DNA of 64,000 bases from Eledone cirrhosa (lineage: Eukaryota). Location: positions 33,232,001-33,296,000 of the forward strand of contig OZ024752.1 of assembly GCA_964016885.1 (NCBI GenBank), in the 5' to 3' direction. Under the pieces are notes generated by a model, which worked only from the letters and a program-made list of their open reading frames with translations, did not search any database and was not told the origin of the DNA. Position 1 is the first letter of the stretch, and each line of letters opens with the position of its first letter. The translations under genes and the position numbers were made by a program. This document shows positions 12,674 through 26,887 of the stretch, piece after piece.

Positions 12674-14333
12674 TTCCAAAACACCTCTTGAAAGGACATT
12701 CCTTCAAAACTACCAAAACTATGATCTTCTCCAGCCAACCATTTTATCAACTAATAAGTATAGATTGTATGTTAATGTTCAAACAAATACTTTAAATTGT
12801 ATATCTGTTTTTGTTTAAAATTGATAGTAAATAATTAAATATCTTTTGACAAAACATGAGGCCAGTTTTAGCAAGTGAATGGTATAAGTAATTGAAGAAC
12901 CAACCTCAGGATATTACTGCTAAATATTTTATCAACCCCAGTGAGGAATTTATAGCTAAAAACTCTAAAATACATAACTTTTAAGTTAGCAATTCGACAA
13001 ACATTGATTGATGAAATATATATCAGACTGTAAATTACTGTTGAGGTCGATATGATCAACTAAAACCCCCCTAAAGATGGTGTGACACAGAATGTCCCAC
13101 AGTGATGACTGAGGCCAGAATAAAAATAGAATGAAGGGTCAATTAAAACTGTTTATAAAATAACAAAACAAATGACAAAACTAATATTTCAATCATCGGG
13201 ATGAAATTAAAAATGTATATTTTTTTACATAACTTTTTTTTTTTTAATGAATAAAAAGTATAAAACAAAAATAGTTTGTTTTTTTCCAAATGATTAGAAC
13301 ATTGAAGCAAGAGTGAAGGCATTGATCAATATGAAATAGGTTAAAATTATCAATTTCTAAGGTATTTCATCTATAAATCTATTTTGTTTACAGCAAATTT
13401 GCCAGCATTTATAAAACACACAATTACAAAGAAGCAGTAATTCTTCAACTATTTGTGTGATAGTGGGGTTTTTTTCTTTCCTTGTTTTACAGATAAAGTT
13501 TTTAAAAATAGCAAAAACAAAAACAAAAAAAAAAAACAATATTAACTGCAGGCTGCATTCTAAACAAAAGCCATTGTTTTTTCTTTAACCTGTTGACTGC
13601 CACATATATTTTACACAGCTACAGTTGCTGTGCTGGGTTCTTTTTTTTCCAGTAATATGACTATTTTGATTGACAAACATCACATCACATCAATAAACTA
13701 GTAACCCCATCTAGCTTTGAAGTTATGAACTGTTGGAAAGGAATTCATAATTTTGAAGTTATGAACTGTTGGAAACGAGTTCAAACATGTAAGGACAAGT
13801 TATCTCATCCGTGGCACTGGAATGCATACATGTTAGGTTGAGTTATCTCGTCTACGGCACTGAAGAGGTTAAAGGTAGAAAAAAATGAGAAACAAATTAT
13901 ATCAAACTAAACTTATCACAAAAAATATAAGAAGAATTATTTTGTGAAATATAAATGATTTTATAATACAGTTTGATTGATAAAGAAATAGAAAGAGGGG
14001 TTTTATCATTCAATGATTGGTGATAATGATTGTGATTTATAATGATGATGATGATAGAGATGATGATGATGACGGTGATAATAATGATTATGTTGATGAT
14101 GATGATGTTGTCAACGACAATGATTAAAATGATGTCATTAGCAATGATAACATAATACAATTATTGATAAAGAATACAATAACAGATTTCTTTAAAAAAA
14201 ATACAAAAAAAAAAAAACCTTTTAAAAAAAAACCATAATTCTTTTGTCGAGAAATGGTTGAGTACAACAGAGACAAATAATGGGGAATAGCTTCATTGAT
14301 TATTACATATATTCTAGCAGAATAGCAAAATCT

Positions 14334-14884
14334 TCAGGCAACTAATTCATAGGCATTTGTGAGATATGTCTTTGGCACCAGACCAATCTGGCCATCAAGC
14401 ATTCCAATCCACCAAGATTGTTTATCAAATTCTTTATTCAAAATCCTGATCAGATCACCTTCTTTAAAAGCCAGCTCAGTGACGTCATCTGCAACACAAT
14501 CCCAAAGACTGTAGTAGATGTTCTCATAGTCGTCTGGTTTTATTTCCACGTTGGTGTTTCGAAGAAACTTCTGTACATCCGTGCCAATATCATCATATAC
14601 TTCATCCATCAGATTATCGTCTGGAACTGTTTCAGTAGGGCGGTGAGTCGGTGGATTTCTTTCTGGCAGAGCTGGTGGTGGAGGTAATGCATTAGATTTG
14701 ATAGGCAGGTGTTTCGGTGAACCTGGAATAGGGGGAAGATCAGGTTTCTTGTTTAGAGTTGCTACATCAGGTTCATCTGGCAGACAGTTTAAGTTATCAT
14801 CATATATCTCTTCACAAATCATCTGTTCCCGGACATTATTGGGTGCAATAACTTCATCAAATTCTTCATAAATGCTTTCTCCAT
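14334..14884 (-). CDS. SKAP2: SKAP2/SKAP1-like adaptor, last coding exon (Tyr motifs, Pro-rich segment, SH3 domain)
   Basis: ttccag| acceptor; IYEEF/IYDD/VYDD motifs; C-terminal SH3 DYENIYYSLWDCVADDVTELAFKEGDLIRIL...WWIGMLDGQIGLVPKTYLTNAY*. Confidence 0.9.
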
Positions 14885-15559
14885 CTGGAAAATTAAAGAA
14901 AAATTGTTTTGTTTTTTTTTTCATTGTAAGACTATTTATGCAGTACTAGAATCGATTCTTCCTCTATATCTCTTTCTCACTTCCAATCTCTCACTCTCTA
15001 TTCTTTTCTAAAAGAAATCTACTGTATTCAGACCTGGAGAGGAAATGGACACCACCAGGTTTTAAAATACCTAAGAAACATGCACTTTTTGATGAGTTGT
15101 GGTGCACCTGGGCACTGTACACAATATTTCATTGTGGCATTTTACTGGGCTTTCTCCACAAATGTCCCTCCGAAGTCTCCCCCCTATTGGGGAATTTTTC
15201 ATTGTTATTTTTTGTTACATCCTCTGTTTTTGTTTTTTACACGCAGAAATGCCCATTTGTACCGTCCTGTATTGTCCTGCACTGTCCTTAATGTCTACTT
15301 TATGTAAACCCTTGTGGTTAATAAAGAAATCATTATTATATCATGACTCATACACTGTTCATTTTCCTGACATTTGTACATTATTCTATGTACTATACAT
15401 GCACCTTTGATGAGTTGTAGTGCACCTGAGCACTGTACACAATAATTTCATTATTATTATTTAAACATATGTCAATACAGCACCCCAACAACTCCTTCAG
15501 GAGTTACGGGACCATGTATATATGCATGGTCAAATTTATAGAATACTCATAGTAAACAA

Positions 15560-15845
15560 AGTAATACAGAATGGTATCATTCCCAGTGATTTGGAATAGC
15601 AACATCGTCGTCAATTGCTACAATGGTAAAGGAGATGCCCTAGAGGAAAGTAACTACAGAGGCATAAAGTTGACTGACCAGGTCATGAAAGTTACAGAAA
15701 GAGTCATAGCACAACTGATTAAAAATTGTATACACCTAGATGAAATGCAGTTTGGATTTGTGCTGGGAAAAAGCACTGCTGATGCCCTCTTCCTTGTGAG
15801 GCAAATGCAGGAAAAGTACCTTACTATAAGCAAGCCAATTTACCT
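15560..15845 (+). pseudogene. RTE LINE reverse transcriptase fragment
   Basis: IVVNCYNGKGDALEESNYRGIKLTDQVMKVTERVIAQLI...QFGFVLGKSTADALFLVRQMQEKY, homologous to the RTE at 60-62.8 kb. Confidence 0.85.
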
Positions 15846-16869
15846 TCTCATAGCGGTGTCATCCAGTACCGGGCCCTAAAACTATGGTAATGTTGTGAGA
15901 TGGGTTAGGCTCCTCGTATCGGTACCATCCAGAACCAGGGCCCAAAACTATGATTCTGCTGTGAGATGGGTTTAGTGTGACCAACTGGCTTGTCCCTTCT
16001 CATAATGGAGCCATGCAGTCCCACACTGTAAATGTGGTTGGTGTTAGGAAGGGCATCCAGCTGTAAAATACCTGCCCAAATTTACAGTCCTCGTCAGAGC
16101 AAGGTGCGGCATGGCTAACTCTGGCCGGCCAGATTTGCCTCCTGGTGTAGACAACCCATTTAACCCATGCAAGCATGGAAAAATGGATGCTAAATGGGGA
16201 TGATGATGATGATGACTGGCCAGCTGGAGCAACTGTTTTTATACATTAACTAGGACTATGTCCTATTTGTAGCCAAGATATGTCATTGATGCAATGATAT
16301 AGTCAAATTTATAGAATACTGGCCAGCTGGAGCAACTGTTTCTATACCATCACTAGCACTATGCTCTATTTGTAGCCAATATACTATTTAAATCTCAACA
16401 ATTGAATCCACTTAATAGTGTGTAAGTACAACAGTTTGGTATGCATATATATATATATGGTCGCGTAGGTGACACGACAAAAAGCATCCAGCCCACACTG
16501 TAAAGTGGTTGTGTAGGAGTCAAGACAAAAAGCACACACTGTAAATGTAGTTGGCATTAGGAAGGGCATCTAGCTGTAGAAATCTAGCCAGAAACAGTTC
16601 AATATGAGCAAGACATGGTCACCTGACCCAACTTGCCTCAAATGAGACAACCCGTCTAACCCATGCTAGCGTGGAAAGTAGACATTAAACGATGATATAT
16701 CATTGCTGGCATTAGATGTAGCGGAACTGACAAGGGATTCCTTAATTTTTAGTGCTGAATCCAAATGTTGTGGCTCTCGTGAAAGCAGTTGAAAACAACT
16801 CAGCTGTTGTAGACCTAAATTTGGTCAGTTTGAATGCTAAAAGAAGAAAGGAAAAGATCAATTTAATAC

Positions 16870-16966
16870 CTAAGTCATCCATCATTGAACTTGTCATCAC
16901 ACTCAAAGCAGCATTTTCTATGAAAGTCTTCCATTCACTCAGTTCTTCTTTTGAAGGAGCCACAAA
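16870..16966 (-). CDS. SKAP2: SKAP2-like exon (PH domain C-terminal helix)
   Basis: ttttag|FVAPSKEELSEWKTFIENAALSVMTSSMMDDL|gtatta; phase-compatible with both neighbours. Confidence 0.9.
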
Positions 16967-17149
16967 CTAAAAGATAAACATTTTTTAATGAAATTATTTG
17001 GAGCTTTTCTGAGAAAATAGCTTGAGAGTGAGAAAAATTATACAAGTGTTCATTTAAAAATTAGATGAGTGTATATATAAAAAGTATACAAGTGTATATA
17101 TAAAAATTATATGAGTGTACATATAAAACGAGATGAGTGTATATATAAA

Positions 17150-17918
17150 GACTATATATGAATATATATGAGAGTACATTTATGAATATATATATTTATA
17201 CATACAAGTGTACGTATATGATTATATATACGAGTGTACACATATGAATATATGTGGCTATATATCAGTGTATGTATATGGCTATATATGAGTGTACATA
17301 TATGAATATGTGTGTGTGTATATATGTATATGAGTGTACATATATGAATATATGTGTGTGTATATATGTATATATGAGTGTACATATATGAATATATGTG
17401 TGTGTATATATATATGAGTGTACATATATGAATATATGTGTGTGTATATATATATATGAGTGTACATATATGAATATATGTGTGTGTGTGTATATATATA
17501 TATGAGTGTACATATATGAATATATGTGTGTGTATATATGTATATGAGTGTACATATATGAATATATGTGTGTATATATATATATATATGAGTGTACATA
17601 TATGAATATATGTGTGTATATATATATATGAGTGTACATATATGAATATATGTGTGTGTATATATGTATATGAGTGTACATATATGAATATATGTGTGTG
17701 TATATATATATATGAGTGTACATATATGAATATATGTGTGTATATATGAATATATGTGTGTGTATATATATATATGAGTGTACATATATGAATATATGTG
17801 TGTATATATATATATGAGTGTACATATATGAATATATGTGTGTATATATATATATGAGTGTACATATATGAATATATGTGTGTATATATATATATATGAG
17901 TGTACATATATGAATATA

Positions 17919-17953
<35 letters not shown>

Positions 17954-18395
17954 GAGTGTACATATTTGAATATGTGTGTATATATATATATATATATATG
18001 AGTATACATATATGAATATATGTGTGTGTATATATGTATATGAGTGTACATATATGAATATATGTGTGTGTATATATATATATGAGTGTACATATATGAA
18101 TATATGTGTGTATATATGAATATATGTGTGTGTATATATATATATGAGTGTACATATATGAATATATGTGTGTATATATATATATGAGTGTACATATATG
18201 AATATATGTGTGTATATATATATATGAGTGTACATATATGAATATATGTGTGTGTATATATATATATATATGAGTGTACATATATGAATATATGTGTGTG
18301 TATATATATATATACACACACATATATGAATATATGTGTGTGTATATATATATATATGAGTGTACATATATGAATATATGTGTATATATATATAT
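17150..18395. repeat. Variable ~36-42-bp TA/TG-rich minisatellite (tatgagtgtacatatatgaatatatgtgtgtatata)
   Basis: Direct reading. Confidence 0.93.
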
Positions 18396-18958
18396 GAGAA
18401 GGCACATGGCTTAATGATTAGAGCATTGGGCTTGCAATTGGAAGGTTGTGAGTTAAGATTTTCGGACTGGGTGATGCGTTGTGTCCTTGAGCAAGACACT
18501 TTATTTCACGTTGCTCCAGTTTACTCGGCTGTAGAAATGAGTAGTGACATCACTGGTGCCAAGCTGTATCAGCCATTGCCTCTCCCTTAGACATCATCTG
18601 TGGTGTGGAGAGGGGAGGCTGGTATGCATGGGCGACTGCTGGTCTTCCTCAAAAAACTTTGCCCGGACTTGTGCCTCAGGGGAAAAATTTCCAGTTGCAA
18701 ATCTCAAGGTCATTTGTGACAGTAAGGGGTCTTTACCCTTACATATATGAATATATAAACATTGGCAGTATCGGTAGAGGGTCGGACGCCATGCTTTGAC
18801 GCATAGAGTTACGGCCCTTGCTATTCTGAGTTCAAATCCCGCCGAGGTTAACTTTGCCTTTCATCCTTACAGGGTCGATAAAATAAAGTACTAGTAATAC
18901 ACTGGGTAATTGCTGGCCTTGTGCCTAATGTAGAAACAATTATTTTAAAGCAATTTAC

Positions 18959-19053
18959 CAGATAAGTACGTTTTCCTGGTGATACAAGTTCAAAATTCAG
19001 TTCTTTTTTACTAGCTTCTTTTACTACGTTTGAATTTGTTCTCACTTCATAAT
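18959..19053 (-). CDS. SKAP2: SKAP2-like exon (PH domain)
   Basis: tttcag|(D)YEVRTNSNVVKEASKKELNFELVSPGKRTYL|gtaaat. Confidence 0.9.
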
Positions 19054-19574
19054 CTGAAAAGAAAACAAAAAACAAATAAGATAGGGGAATGTTAGGGGTG
19101 AGTCACATGCCGTGGCATAACTAGGGAAAATAGTGTCTATGGCAAGCAGTGAAATTGCACTCCTGCCCAGCACTGTATTTTTACCTATGGGCCTAATAAT
19201 TTATATAAATGGTTTAACCCTTTAGCATTTAAACCAGCCATATCTGGTCAGATTCTCTCATCTCTTTCTGTTCAAACTGGCTGTAACCAGCTTGGTTTAA
19301 CGCTTTAGCATTTAAACCAGCCATATCTGGTCAGATTCTCTCATCTCTTTCTGTTCAAACTGGCTGTAACCAGCTGCTCATACTTACGTTAAGGCATTGT
19401 TCTCAAAATAAATGATATGAAAATCTCAGATTCGATATTATGTGAGATAAAGTGTTTACCGTGAAAATACAATAGTATATATAGAGTAATGTGAATGCTA
19501 GTGGATTAATGATCCAGCCACCATAGTGTTAATCAGAGACAGGTCATACATTTGAAGGAGTTTCTTTTTACTCT

Positions 19575-21340
19575 CCAACAAGGCTAATTTCACTTTAATA
19601 GAACATGCTCCTAGTCCAAGTGGTGCCCAAGACACATGCCATGCTTGCCATACCATAGTTACACCTCTGGTCACATGACACTGTGTCACTGGAGTACAAT
19701 AGATTATGTCTTTGTTGAGTGTATTAAAGCCAAGTTATTTGATAGTCCATGCTGCAGCAAGCCAATAAGGACACATGTCACAGTTTCCACTACTTACAGA
19801 GTAAGCTTTATTTCCTTATGGGGCCTAATATTAACTACACGGACTGAGACAATTGAGTGTTACTGTATACTAGCAGAAAAACCACCCTTTGCTAGCATGT
19901 GTAGTGTGTATACGCAAGTATATATACATGTAGAGGGTCGGACGCCATGCTGTGAAGCATAGAGTTACCTCCTTTTATGATCCGAGTTCAAATGCCGCCG
20001 AGGTTAACTTTGCCTTTCATCCTTGCGGGGTCGATAAAATAAAGTACCAGTAATACACTGGGTTAATTGCTGGCCTTGTGCCAAAAGTAGAAACAATTAT
20101 TTATTCAAAGTAATCCAACTTATTTTACTAATGGGATAAAAAATTATAAACCGTACGCAGTCCTGCACTCCTTACTTTATTATAGTTTAGATATTTGAAT
20201 ATGAGACAATCTAAATATAAGCCAACTGACCCCACTATTTTATGTGAGAAATGGGTAAAAATCCAAACCCTGATTATAAATTAGCCAACAAGGCTAATTT
20301 CACTTTAATAGAACATGCTCCTAGTCCAAGTGGTGCCCAAGACACATGCCATGCTTGCCATACCATAGTTACACCTCTGGTCACATGACACTGTCACTGG
20401 AGTACAATAGATTATGTCTTTGTTGAGTGTATTAAAGCCAAGTTATTTGATAGTCCATGCTGCAGCAAGCCAATAAGGACACATGTCACAGTTTCCACTA
20501 CTTACAGAGTAAGCTTTATTTCCTTATGGGGCCTAATATTAACTACACGGACTGAGACAATTGAGTGTTACTGTATACTAGCAGAAAAACCACCCTTTGC
20601 TAGCATGTGTGTGTAGTGTGTATAGGCAAGTATATATACATGTAGATATGATACATCAAATAAAATCGTAATTGAAAATATACACAGAAATTGAATGAAG
20701 ACTGCGTTACACGGTCTTCTGTAATCAGTAACGTAATCCATGATACATTAAAAAAAGACGATATTATATATAAACTGCATTAGGAGAAAATTAGTGACAG
20801 AAATATATGAATATTTATTTAAGCGACCGCTAACCGGAAGTGTTGACATTTGAAAATTTTAAAGAAATGAATCTTTAAATAAACAATAAAATATATTTAA
20901 TGAACAGCCACGAAATTTAGTAGATAAATTATGTAATATTCATTCATTATTTATTCAAAGTGGATAAACGGTGGATTGGCAGTATCGGTAGAGGGTCGGA
21001 CGCCATGCTGTGAAGCATAGAGTTACCTCCCTTTATGATCTGAGTTCAAATGCCGCCGAGGTTAACTTTGCCTTTCATCCTTACGGGGTCGATAAAATAA
21101 AGTACCAGTAATACACTGGGTTAATTGCTGGCCTTGTGCCAAAAGTAGAAACAATTATTTATTCAAAGTAATCCAATTTATTTTATTAATGGGATAAAAA
21201 ATTATAAACCGTACGCAGTCCTGCGCTCCTTACTTTATTATAGTTTAGATATTTGAATATGAGACAATCTAAATATAAGCCAACTGACCCCACTATTTTA
21301 TGTGAGAAATGGGTAAAAATCCAAACCCTGATTATAAATT
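19575..21340. repeat. Local tandem duplication with A-B / A-x-B structure
   Basis: 19575-19935 matches 20285-20645; 19931-20282 matches 20990-21340; x (20646-20989) is absent from the first copy. Confidence 0.9.
20970..21157 (+). mobile_element. MetaSINE-like tRNA-derived SINE; further copies at 18762-18940 (+), 29729-29915 (+), 36181-36365 (-)
   Basis: tggcagtatcggtagag...gagttcaaat...ctttgcctttcatccttacggggtcgataaaataaagtacc. Confidence 0.8.
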
Positions 21341-21970
21341 GAGGCAGCTAATCAACACATTGTTTAGATGACTGACATGCCTTTAATTATAGAGTTGCTT
21401 GATCAGAGCTGAACAACAACAATAATAATCTAGAACTAAATAGATACAACTATTAAATCTTGAATATTATAGTTATGGACACAACACAACACAAATGATA
21501 AGATGTGTCTTTTTATCTTTTAGCTGCTGGTTGTCCAGTAATTTATTGATTAACCTTTTAGCATTCACATTACTCTTACTCTTTTACTCTTTTACCTGTT
21601 TCAGCCATCCGGCTGAGGCCATGCTGGGGCACCATATACTATTATATTTTCATGGTAAAGGCTTTACCTCACATAATATCGAATCTATGAGATTTTGAAA
21701 GTATTTATTTTGAGAACAATTCATTAACATCAGTTTGAGTAACCAGTTACAGCCAGTTTCAACAGAAAGAGGTATAGAATTCTGGCCGGTTTTGGCCGGT
21801 TTGAACACTAAAGGGTTAAACCAGGCATGAGAGCATAGGATCTGACTCTTCATAAGGCAGGTTGCACTACTAAAAAGTTCAATGCAATTTTGAAATTAGG
21901 TGTGCCTTTCAAAAAAGACAAACAGGCCACATGCAGCTCATGGGCTGCAGTTTGCCCATGACTGGATTAA

Positions 21971-22173
21971 CCCTTTAACATTTACATTACTCTCTCTATA
22001 TATATACTATTGTATTTTCATAGTAAAGGTTTTACCTCACATAATATCGAATCTATGAGATTTTCATATTATTTATTTTGAGAACAATACCTTAACATTG
22101 GTATGAGCAGCCAGTTACAGCCGGTTTGAACAGAAAGAGGTGAGAGAATTCTGGCCGGATAAATGTTAAAGGG
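21971..22173. mobile_element. piggyBac-type MITE; many related copies (1-146, about 4500-4908, 10083-10660, 19213-19500, 21550-21820, 29917-30610)
   Basis: TTAA|ccctttaacattta ... taaatgttaaaggg|TTAA. Confidence 0.82.
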
Positions 22174-22274
22174 TTAAGCCATCGATGTTCCTAACCTCAA
22201 ATGATCTCAACATGAAAAATAAAATATCAAAGCAATCTTTCTAAAAAAAAACAAAAATATGAATACAAACTCAC

Positions 22275-22391
22275 CCTTGACAATGAAAGCACCGAGTTGA
22301 CGTTTATCAGAAGGTTTTTCATAATAGTATAAAATGTTGTCTTTGAGAACACACCAACGTTTTTGATAGGACTTAAAATGTAGTACATTTT
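22275..22391 (-). CDS. SKAP2: SKAP2-like exon (PH domain)
   Basis: tttcag|(E)NVLHFKSYQKRWCVLKDNILYYYEKPSDKRQLGAFIVK|gtgagt. Confidence 0.92.
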
Positions 22392-23062
22392 CTGAAATAA
22401 AGATTAATTCATTCACAAATAATTATACATAACATCACAGATATATTTATTATGTTAAAATTTAATTTCACAACAAATCTCATATGTCTAACCTATACCT
22501 AGATTGAAAAACTGTTAGAAAATGTATAAGCCTTAATTTACGTATGTGTATGTATATTTACATGTGTCATCATCATCATCATCATCATTTCATTTTACGT
22601 CCGCTTTTCCCTGCTTGCAACGGTGGGTGGGACGGGAACTGATTCTGGCTGGATTTCTACAGCTGGATGCCCTTCCTAACACCAACCTCATTTACAGTGA
22701 GTGCTGGGTGGTTTTTTGCCGTGGCACCTCCACGACCACTTTGCAGTGGAATGATAGAGACCCCAGTCCCTATCATCTCATTTCTACAGCTGAGTAAACT
22801 GGAGCAATGTGAAATAAAGTGTCTTGCTCAAGGAAACAACACATCACCCGGTCTAAGAATTGAACGCACAACCTTTCGATTGCAAGGCCAATGCTCTAAC
22901 CACTAAGCCATGTGCCTCCATCTATATATATATATTTACAAGTGTATGTACATTTACACATGTATGTACATTTACATGTGTATGTACATTTACATGTGTA
23001 TATATATTTACATGTTTATATATATATATATATTTACATGTATATATATATATATATATATT

Positions 23063-23093
<31 letters not shown>

Positions 23094-23389
23094 TTACATG
23101 TATATATATATATATTTACATGTATATATATATTTACATGTATATATATATTTACATGTATATATATATATTTACATGTATATATATATATTTACATGTA
23201 TATATATATTTACATGTTTATATATATATATATTTACATGCATATATATCAGGGAAAGCCCCTGATGATTTCTTTTGTATGAAACAGTTCTAGTCCCGTA
23301 GAAGCCATTTCTATATTAAACTTGATATATATCATCATTTCATTTTACGTCCGCTTTTTCCCTGCTTGTAAGGGTGGGACAGGAACTAT

Positions 23390-23940
23390 ATCATCATCAT
23401 CATCAACGTTTAACGTCCGTGTTCCACGCTTGCATGGGTTTGGACGGGGGTTTTCCCACTTGAGGCAAGAGTGATTGTCTTGCTCGCATAGGACTGTCTG
23501 GCAGGTTTTCTACAGTTGGATGCCCTTCCTAACACCAACCACATTTACAGTGTGGGTCTGGGAGGTTTTTACCGTGTTGCCTACACGGCCACATTACAGC
23601 GTGGACTGTGTGTTTTTTTGTCGTGACACCTACACAATCTCATTTGTTTCGGCCTGGATGGTGTGGCACCAACATAACTTTACATAGAAGGGGGCGGTGT
23701 GGATGGGGTGGGGGTGGTGGGACGGGGGTGTATTTTCTTAGAGATGCCTACTGACTGTAGTAGGTTTTACTTTGTATTTAGGTAAGGCAGGTCTTCTCTA
23801 TTACTGAGTACCGCCAAAGGTCTCGGTCCAGTGACATTGTCTTGGAGAGGTGTAAGTGTGTGAGGTCGGAATTTATCAGGTCATCCCAGATTTTTCTGGG
23901 TCTGCCTATTCCGTGGCTACCGTCTATCTTTATTGCCCTA
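23390..23940 (-). mobile_element. 5'-truncated RTE LINE 3' end
   Basis: Near-identical to 37830-38380 and 60241-60770; (cat)n tail; 5' end abuts (TA)n. Confidence 0.85.
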
Positions 23941-24309
23941 TATATATATATATATATATATCAGGGGCGAAGGGTCCGTGCATGCAACGCAAGCAGTGCA
24001 TGCGTTATAGAATCTTGAGTTGATCAATTACGTCGGTTGAAGCAAGCAGAATTTTGGCTGCTTACTAAAACGGAGACACATAAAAAGATACACACACACA
24101 CACTAGATAACACTACATGCGGCTTTGACCGGGAGGGTCATTTAGAGGGAATGGGGGGGGGGGGGGGTAAGGCTGCACAGCCCCACTTTTCCCCAAGGCG
24201 ATTGGACTGCATGCCCTGCTTTCCCGGTTACCCTTCGCCACTGATATATATATATATATATACTGAAATATTACAAAAATAAATTGGGATGACAAGAAAC
24301 AAACTTCAC

Positions 24310-24384
24310 CTTTTCTGCGTTTCTTTTCTAAATGCCCAGTTTTGGTGGGGTTTGCAATGTCTGTAGCAGCTATGAAGGGAATTG
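24310..24384 (-). CDS. SKAP2: SKAP2-like exon (PH domain start)
   Basis: cacag|(S)IPFIAATDIANPTKTGHLEKKRRK|gtgaag; resembles SKAP2 IAAQDLPFVLKAGYLEKRRK. Confidence 0.9.
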
Positions 24385-24466
24385 CTGTGAAATATAAAGA
24401 GAAAGAAAAATCAACAACAATACATCAAAAGTATCATGACATTTTGTTTGCTTCTTTATTCTTTTA

Positions 24467-26887
24467 CTAGATGGCCCCGTGCCATCAAAAATGATAGCTA
24501 ATTGTAATATTTTTACGTAATCTAAAAACGAGATGTTGGTTGGTTGGTTCCTTCACGCTCATTGATACAAGTGATACAAACACACACCTTCCTTCCTCAG
24601 TCGACGTAATCACCCTTCCGTTCCCCAGTCGACGTAATCACCCTTTCGTTCCCCAGTCGACGTAATCACCCTTCCGTTCCCCAGTCGACGTAATCACCCT
24701 TCCGTTACCCAGTCGACGTAATCACCCTTCCGTTCCCCAGTCGACGTAATCACCCTTCCGTTGCCCAGTCGACGTAATCACCCTTTCGTTACCCAGTCGA
24801 CGTAATCACCCTTTCGTTCCCCAGTCGACGTAATCACCCTTCCGTTCCCCAGTCGACGTAATCACCCTTCCGTTCCCCAGTCGACGTAATCACCCTTCCG
24901 TTCCCCAGTCGACGTAATCACCCTTCCGTTGCCCAGTCGACGTAATCACCCTTCCGTTCCCCAGTCGACGTAATCACCCTTCCGTTGCCCAGTCGACGTA
25001 ATCACCCTTTCGTTACCCAGTCGACGTAATCACCCTTCCGTTGCCCAGTCGACGTAATCACCCTTCCGTTCCCCAGTCGACGTAATCACCCTTCCGTTCC
25101 CCAGTCGACGTAATCACCCTTCCGTTGCCCAGTCGACGTAATCACCCTTTCGTTACCCAGTCGACGTAATCACCCTTCCGTTGCCCAGTCGACGTAATCA
25201 CCCTTCCGTTCCCCAGTCGACGTAATCACCCTTCCGTTCCCCAGTCGACGTAATCACCCTTCCGTTGCCCAGTCGACGTAATCACCCTTTCGTTGCCCAG
25301 TCGACGTAATCACCCTTCCATTGCCCAGTCGACGTAATCACCCTTCCGTTCCCCAGTCGACGTAATCACCCTTCCGTTGCCCAGTCGACGTAATCACCCT
25401 TCCGTTCCCCAGTCGACGTAATCACCCTTCCGTTGCCCAGTCGACGTAATCACCCTTTCGTTACCCAGTCGACGTAATCACCCTTTCGTTCCCCAGTCGA
25501 CGTAATCACCCTTTCGTTACCCAGTCGACGTAATCACCCTTTCGTTACCCAGTCGACGTAATCACCCTTTCGTTACCCAGTCGACGTAATCACCCTTTCG
25601 TTACCCAGTCGACGTAATCACCCTTTCGTTCCCCAGTCGACGTAATCACCCTTTCGTTCCCCAGTCGACGTAATCACCCTTCCGTTCCCCAGTCGACGTA
25701 ATCACCCTTCCGTTCCCCAGTCGACGTAATCACCCTTTCGTTCCCCAGTCGACGTAATCACCCTTCCGTTCCCCAGTCGACGTAATCACCCTTTCGTTCC
25801 CCAGTCGACGTAATCACCCTTTCGTTCCCCAGTCGACGTAATCACCCTTTCGTTCCCCAGTCGACGTAATCACCCTTTCCTTCCCCAGTCGACGTAATCA
25901 CCCTTTCCTTCCCCAGTCGACGTAATCACCCTTTCCTTCCCCAGTCGACGTAATCACCCTTTCGTTCCCCAGTCGACGTAATCACCCTTTCGTTCCCCAG
26001 TCGACGTAATCACCCTTGCTTCTTCAGTCGACGTAATCACCCTTTCGTTCCCCAGTCGACGTAATCACCCTTTCGTTCCCCAGTCGACGTAATCACCCTT
26101 TCGTTCCCCAGTCGACGTAATCACCCTTCCTTCTTCAGTCGACGTAATCACCCTTTCGTTACCCAGTCGACGTAATCACCCTTTCGTTCCCCAGTCGACG
26201 TAATCACCCTTTCGTTCCCCAGTCGACGTAATCACCCTTTCGTTCCCCAGTCGACGTAATCACCCTTTCGTTCCCCAGTCGACGTAATCACCCTTCCTTC
26301 TTCAGTCGACGTAATCACCCTTTCGTTACCCAGTCGACGTAATCACCCTTTCGTTACCCAGTCGACGTAATCACCCTTTCGTTACCCAGTCGACGTAATC
26401 ACCCTTTCGTTCCCCAGTCGACGTAATCACCCTTTCGTTCCCCAGTCGACGTAATCACCCTTTCGTTCCCCAGTCGACGTAATCACCCTTCCGTTCCCCA
26501 GTCGACGTAATCACCCTTTCGTTCCCCAGTCGACATAATCACCCTTTCGTTCCCCAGTCGACGTAATCACCCTTTCGTTCCCCAGTCGACGTAATCACCC
26601 TTTCGTTCCCCAGTCGACGTAATCACCCTTTCGTTCCCCAGTCGACGTAATCACCCTTTCGTTCCCCAGTCGACGTAATCACCCTTTCCTTCCCCAGTCG
26701 ACGTAATCACCCTTTCCTTCCCCAGTCGACGTAATCACCCTTTCGTTCGCCAGTCGACATAATCACCCTTTCGTTCCCCAGTCGACGTAATCACCCTTTC
26801 GTTGCCCAGTCGACGTAATCACCCTTTCGTTCCCCAGTCATCTCTAGTGTGTGACAGACAAATACACAAGGCTATTATATTAGTAGA
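24467..26887 (-). mobile_element. Non-autonomous Helitron carrying a 28-bp tandem array
   Basis: On - strand: A|TCTACTAATATAAT ... hairpin gctatca-tttt-tgatggc ... CTAG|T; no TSD. Confidence 0.75.
24598..26839. repeat. 28-bp CpG-rich minisatellite, about 80 copies (cagtcgacgtaatcaccctt[c/t]cgtt[c/g/a]cc)
   Basis: Direct reading; period 28 (24598, 24626 ...). Confidence 0.97.

Noticed and set aside
13589-13868. TTAA-flanked element between the convergent 3' ends
   Set aside because: Terminal inverted match is only about 10/13; plausible old piggyBac-type MITE but too weak to call
24598-26839. CRISPR-like array of 28-bp repeats
   Set aside because: Units are directly adjacent with no unique spacers, there are no cas genes, and the context is a eukaryotic intron
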